DNA of 64,000 bases, taken from assembly GCF_009914755.1 (NCBI RefSeq), contig NC_060944.1. The stretch is one strand, 5' to 3'. The notes below the pieces were generated by a model that was given only the letters and a program-made list of their open reading frames with translations, did no database searches and was not told the DNA's origin. The first letter of the stretch is position 1. Each line of letters starts with the position of its first letter. A program made the translations under genes and the position numbers. The stretch comes from the human T2T-CHM13v2.0 reference genome, Homo sapiens. Shown here piece by piece: positions 58,989-64,000 of the stretch.

Positions 58989-59475
<487 letters not shown>

Positions 59476-60347
59476 GGACACTGACTCCTACCTCACATTT
59501 TCCTTTCTTTCCGGAACAAACACGGTAACTGCTGTGTGGGCACACAAGGCAGTGGCCAGAATTCTCAGGTCACTTCCTAACTCTCTGGAGCTCCAACTGC
59601 CGGCAGATAAAAAGAAATCTAGGCACTGAGAAATCCCAGGCACTAACATTCCGGACGACCAATTGGCAACTCCAACCTCTCCAGCAGGGTTTGTAAAGAA
59701 AACGTAATGAGCCCAGGTGAGGCTCATTAGAGCCAGCCTGGAATTCTGCCAGTGCTACCATGAGCTTTATGCCAACCCTTGATTTTCATATCAGTGGCAG
59801 TACTGACAAGGAAGCTGGAAGGCAGGCTGGGAGGAAGCTTTGTACCCATGGAGTCCTCTCCCTCCTCCCCATCCAGTAGCTCTCGCCACGAGGTGAGGCA
59901 GTTGGCTTCATCAAATCAGAACCAGCTCATGAGTAATTTTCACTGTCTTCCCTTTCTAACAGGCTGGGCCCCAGGTGATCCTAAAAATTAAATGAAGCTC
60001 AGAAAATGAGACACTTAGGAGAGCCAGGCATGAATAGCCTATCCCCGGCTCTAGCGGAACTCTTTACTTCCCTTGTCAATTTCCTTGGACTTCCTTTGGG
60101 CCTTTGACTAGTGGCAAAGTTTCACTCCAGAATCTCACAGCTCTGGAGTATTTCTGCCAGAGGGTCCCAGTCCCCTGTGTGTTTTCTTGTTCTCAAGCAA
60201 AATTTAAAATGGGCAATGGTAGCCAATGCTGTCTTTTCTCCTTGTAAATTGAGATATTTACGCTGATGCAATATTTTCAGAATAGGACTCTAGGCTGCCT
60301 CCAAGCTTCCAGGTACTTCCCAGATTCCAGCAAAAAATTCTTACTAC

Positions 60348-60620
60348 CATCACCCTCCTCCTCATCATCATCATCATCATCCCCATTATCATCACTGTCA
60401 TTACTGGGAATTTATTGCATGTTAAGCACCAGGCTTGCATTTTGCTTGTATTTTCTCAATTAATACAAGCATTGAGGAAGGTCATATTGTTATTCCCACA
60501 TTACCAAGGATAAAACAGGCTTAGGTAAAATAGCTTCCCAAGGCCACCCTACCGCTGAATTGACCATACTGTCTGCTTGGCCACTGAAGTTGAGACCAAA
60601 GATGTTTTTCACTATGCACA
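60348..60620 (-). mobile_element. MIR with (CAT)n tail
   Basis: (CAT)n at about 60362-60381, then a diverged MIR body. Confidence 0.65.
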
Positions 60621-61699
60621 TCCCCCAAAGATTTTTGGATAAAAACTGATTGACTTACAGTTCTGGCCAAAAGTCAAGCTGATCATTGGTTTTTATATGA
60701 GAGAGCGAATGACAAAGAGAGAAGAAAAGAAGAGAAAAATCACTGAATTCACAAAATAGTGCCCTAGTGGTTTATAAATGAGGGGAAAAATGGCACCAGT
60801 GACACTGTATTTATACTAATCACTAAAAGCAAATGAATTCCAACTGGGTATGTTAAAAATAGATGCATGTTGATATGTATATATTAACCTAATATGAGAA
60901 AAAGTAACCCCATTGAGAAAAGTTAGAGATAAAGTTTACAACCTTCACTTTCTCCCCTGCACAATAGAACTTATGCCATGATAAAATCCCACAACTTAGT
61001 CATTTGTTTATTTAAAATGCATTTGTTGAGCACCTCCTATGAGCCAAGAAGTAAAGATTGTGTAAAAAAATAAAATACGTGGGTAGATGGACAATTCAAC
61101 TAGCAAATGCAATGCACTGTGATTGACAAGTTTGAGTGTTTGTGTTAGAATTATTTGTGTGCAAGCAACAGAAGCTGACTCTGGTGAATCCTAGCAAGTT
61201 CAGCATCTCATGAGAAAAAAAGAGCATCTAACACAGACAGAAGGGAAGTGGTCAGGGAAGCCTCCTGGAGGAAGTGACATTTCAGTTGAGACTTGAGGAA
61301 GAGGCAGAGGAACCTGTGCCAAAGTGTGGATGTGTGTTTTTGTGGATATGGAGCAGGGCAGAGAGGCTGGTTGGCAAGTGTCCTCAGCAGGGGACAGCAC
61401 AGGTGAGATGACAGGGAACTAGGCACAGAAAATTCTCTCACAAGGCAGTCACTGGAACCACCCCCACCATTGCCTGTTAGACACCTGGAAATAGCTCTTG
61501 GTGGTTGGGAGAAATGGGGCTAGGTGGGAAACAACGTCAGGGAATAACACACACAGAGGACTTGTCTGGTCCCCCGTCCCCCAGTGTAGACCGCCATAGG
61601 AAAGCTATGTTGTAAGAAATCATAGAGGAAGGAGACAGCACAAATTAAAACTCCTACTATCATAAGCATCTAGCAAGCATTTTATGAAGCTGCCTTGTG

Positions 61700-62700
61700 A
61701 GGAACTACTTCACTCTAGGAAAAACCCTCCTGGTTACCATGACTCAGAGAACGATCTGCAAAATAATTCACCAAATTAGAGTTTGCCGAGTGCACATTTG
61801 TAAATCTGATCCCGCCTGCCCGCCCCCCCATTCTGTTGATTATATCTTTCATCCCCAAGAATGAGGCCAAGAGCCTCCTCCCTGCCCCTCCTCCCCTCCC
61901 TCTGTAATCCTCACCCCTCATTTCTCTCCCCTCCCCACTTCTCAGCATCCTGCCACCCCTAAGGCGGTGGCGTGATCACGTGCTGATTTCAGGGAGTTCA
62001 TTAAAAACCACCACCCTCCCCGCTGACCACGAGGCACCGGCAGCAGCCCCTGGGGCCATGGCGCTGGCAAGAGCATGCCGGTCACTCAAGAGGGGCCGAC
62101 CCACTCCGAGGACAGGGACCCCCTTGCACAAATGAGAAGAGCCAGCAAACAGTTAATGGTTGAATCCTTTGCAGAAAAAGTCAAGGCAGACTTGTGATTC
62201 TTGATGTTAATGAAGGTGTCACACATTGTCTAGAGAAAGTTGTGCCTGGCAATCTTCCCTGTTTCGGATGCCTACCCCAGTGACATTTCATCTCACATCC
62301 ACCTTAATGAAATGCATAATTAACATATTCTAATTGTGCTGAGCGCTGCGATGATTTTGACAGAACTCACTTTCCATGTCTAATTTGATGCTAATTTAAT
62401 CTGTTCCTCTCCCGCTGACATGACCTTTCTTGATTGAGTTTCACTGAGGAAATTTTTTGATGGATTGATTTATCAGCATTGCAGAGACAACAAAGGCTCA
62501 GGGTGCACGACAGAAAATAGGAAGGGAACGGCCCTCGAAGCCAGCACGCTCTGAACTTGCCGGCTGGAATGTCCTCTTTCCAGAGACGGCTTGTCTGACC
62601 TACTGATGGAATTTGAGAAATGTGACATCTGTGCGTGGGTTTGATCTCTCCGATAAAGACAGTAAATATCTTATTGTGGTTGTGAAGCTTTGCATGGAAA
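61700..62700. promoter_or_regulatory. Candidate developmental enhancer (PBX-HOX, MEIS, POU, E-box, AP-1 motifs)
   Basis: Repeat-free and CpG-rich; TGACTCA 61740-61746, CACGTG 61977-61982, ATGCATAAT 62312-62320, TGACAG 62358-62363, TGATGGAT+TGATTTAT 62458-62473. Confidence 0.5.
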
Positions 62701-63289
62701 ACTTCTCTAGGGCTATTCGAAGGAAGCTTAGGCTCCTCCTGTTGACCAAAACCCTAAGCGTGTGAGGCCAGGCCACAGGTTGAGGGCCCCGTCTAGGGTA
62801 GAGTGTTTGCTCATTAGCTTTAACCAGGAGAAAGCACGAAGAGGTGGAAGTGTCCGTCTCAAATTAAAACAGAGAAACGTCGCAACTGCGTAGGTCATTG
62901 AGCATGGATTTCCTACTTTTAGATATTCTGTAGACATCTACAAAAAGGGGAGTTAAACCTAGATCTTATGGAAGCGTCTGTGGAATGTCCTCCAATACCT
63001 GCCCCCACAGATACACAGAGTCTCAAAGCTATTAATATAAACATCTCTTTGTCCAGTTCCTGGTCTTTGTAGAAGTAGGTGCTCAGGATACTGATGACAG
63101 TCTTGGAGTGTCCCAGTTCTCACAGGATTAAGTGGCTGAGGGCATTAGACTCCCTCATCCTGAAGATACAGGGGTCAAAACCAGAACCATAGCTGAATGG
63201 GCTCCTGGGAAAGCAGTCCCTCACCCTACCTTATACAAAAGTGGCTGCTTTTCAACAGCTGTGAAGGCTTGGATTCCAAGGGGCTTGAT

Positions 63290-63512
63290 CAAAATTTCTC
63301 AGGTTTGGCACTATTGTCATTTGAGGCTGGATCATTCTTCGTTGGGGTGGGAGGGGTCTCCTGTGCACTGTAAGTTGTTGAGAAGCATCTCTAGCCTCCA
63401 CCCACTAAAAGCCAGTAGCACTCCCATTCCTGAGTTGTGGTGACTAAATTTGCCTCAGATTTTGCCAGATGTGTCCTGGGGAGGCAAAATCACCACTGGC
63501 TGATAACCACTG
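63290..63512 (-). mobile_element. MER20
   Basis: GGCACTATTGTCATTTG...GCCAGTAGCAC...GGCAAAATCAC...AACCACTG. Confidence 0.88.
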
Positions 63513-63781
63513 AGGTAGAGGGCCAAGTGATAATGCCTGTGACCCCCACATGTCTGCATTGCTCAACACCCCCTACTTCCTCTGCCCAGTGTCACCTCCC
63601 CAGCTAGACGTTGTCCAATGGAGCAGACAAGTCCTTATCCACCCCCCAACTCCTTATTCAACTTCTCCCTTTTCCAAATCATATATGACTACACTGTATT
63701 AAATATTGATTTATTTATTGTCTGTCTCTACTCAATAAACCATAAGCTACATAAGGCTGAGATCTTGTCCATCTTTTTTAC

Positions 63782-63940
63782 TTTTTTTTTTTCCAACTTT
63801 TACTTTAAGTTTGAGGGTGCATGTTCAGAATGTGCAAGTTTGTTGCATAGGTAAACATGTGCCATCATTGTTTGCTGTACAGATCAATCCATTGCCTAGG
63901 TATTAAGCCCAGAATCCGTTAGCTATTCCTCCTGATGCTC
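63782..63940 (-). mobile_element. Older L1PA (PA11-13-like) 3' fragment
   Basis: CATAGGTAAACATGTGCCA...CTAGGTATTAAGCCCAG...AGCTATTCCTCCTGATGCTCT. Confidence 0.85.
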
Positions 63941-64000
63941 TTTTTTTACTTTAATTATGGTAAAATATACATAACATAAAATTCACCGTTTTAAGTATCA
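63941..64000 (-). mobile_element. L1M 3' end, cut by the window edge
   Basis: ATTATGGTAAAATATACATAACATAAAATTCACC. Confidence 0.7.

Noticed and set aside
61700-62700. Classical CpG-island gene promoter
   Set aside because: CpG density appears below island level and no first exon is evident; kept only as an enhancer candidate.

Overview
This is 64 kb of primate, almost certainly human or great-ape, non-coding genomic DNA. I find no credible protein-coding exon, RNA gene, CpG-island promoter or CRISPR array, and the ORF track is explained by repeats and chance. Much of the window is interspersed repeat: 27 Alu-family elements (J, S, Y, FLAM), 7 L1 3'-end fragments including a young L1PA2/3-type insertion with its TSD, MaLR/ERVL solo LTRs (THE1B, MLT1, MLT2), hAT MITEs (MER5, MER20, MER45A, MER58A, MER63, MER81, MER102, MER113) and many MIR/L2 relics. 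Every L1 and LTR piece I can orient is on the minus strand, which suggests an intron of a long plus-strand gene. Repeat-free islands that retain CpG and carry homeodomain, PBX-HOX, MEIS, RFX or ONECUT-type motifs are candidate enhancers. The most notable items are a permuted two-age local duplication (42.5-44.6 kb), a candidate recursive splice site (21439/21440), a 23-bp VNTR born inside MER20, and serial Alu insertion into one target site. I cannot support a novel coding system or name the locus. Repeat family names come from remembered consensus sequences, and boundaries of old repeats are approximate.
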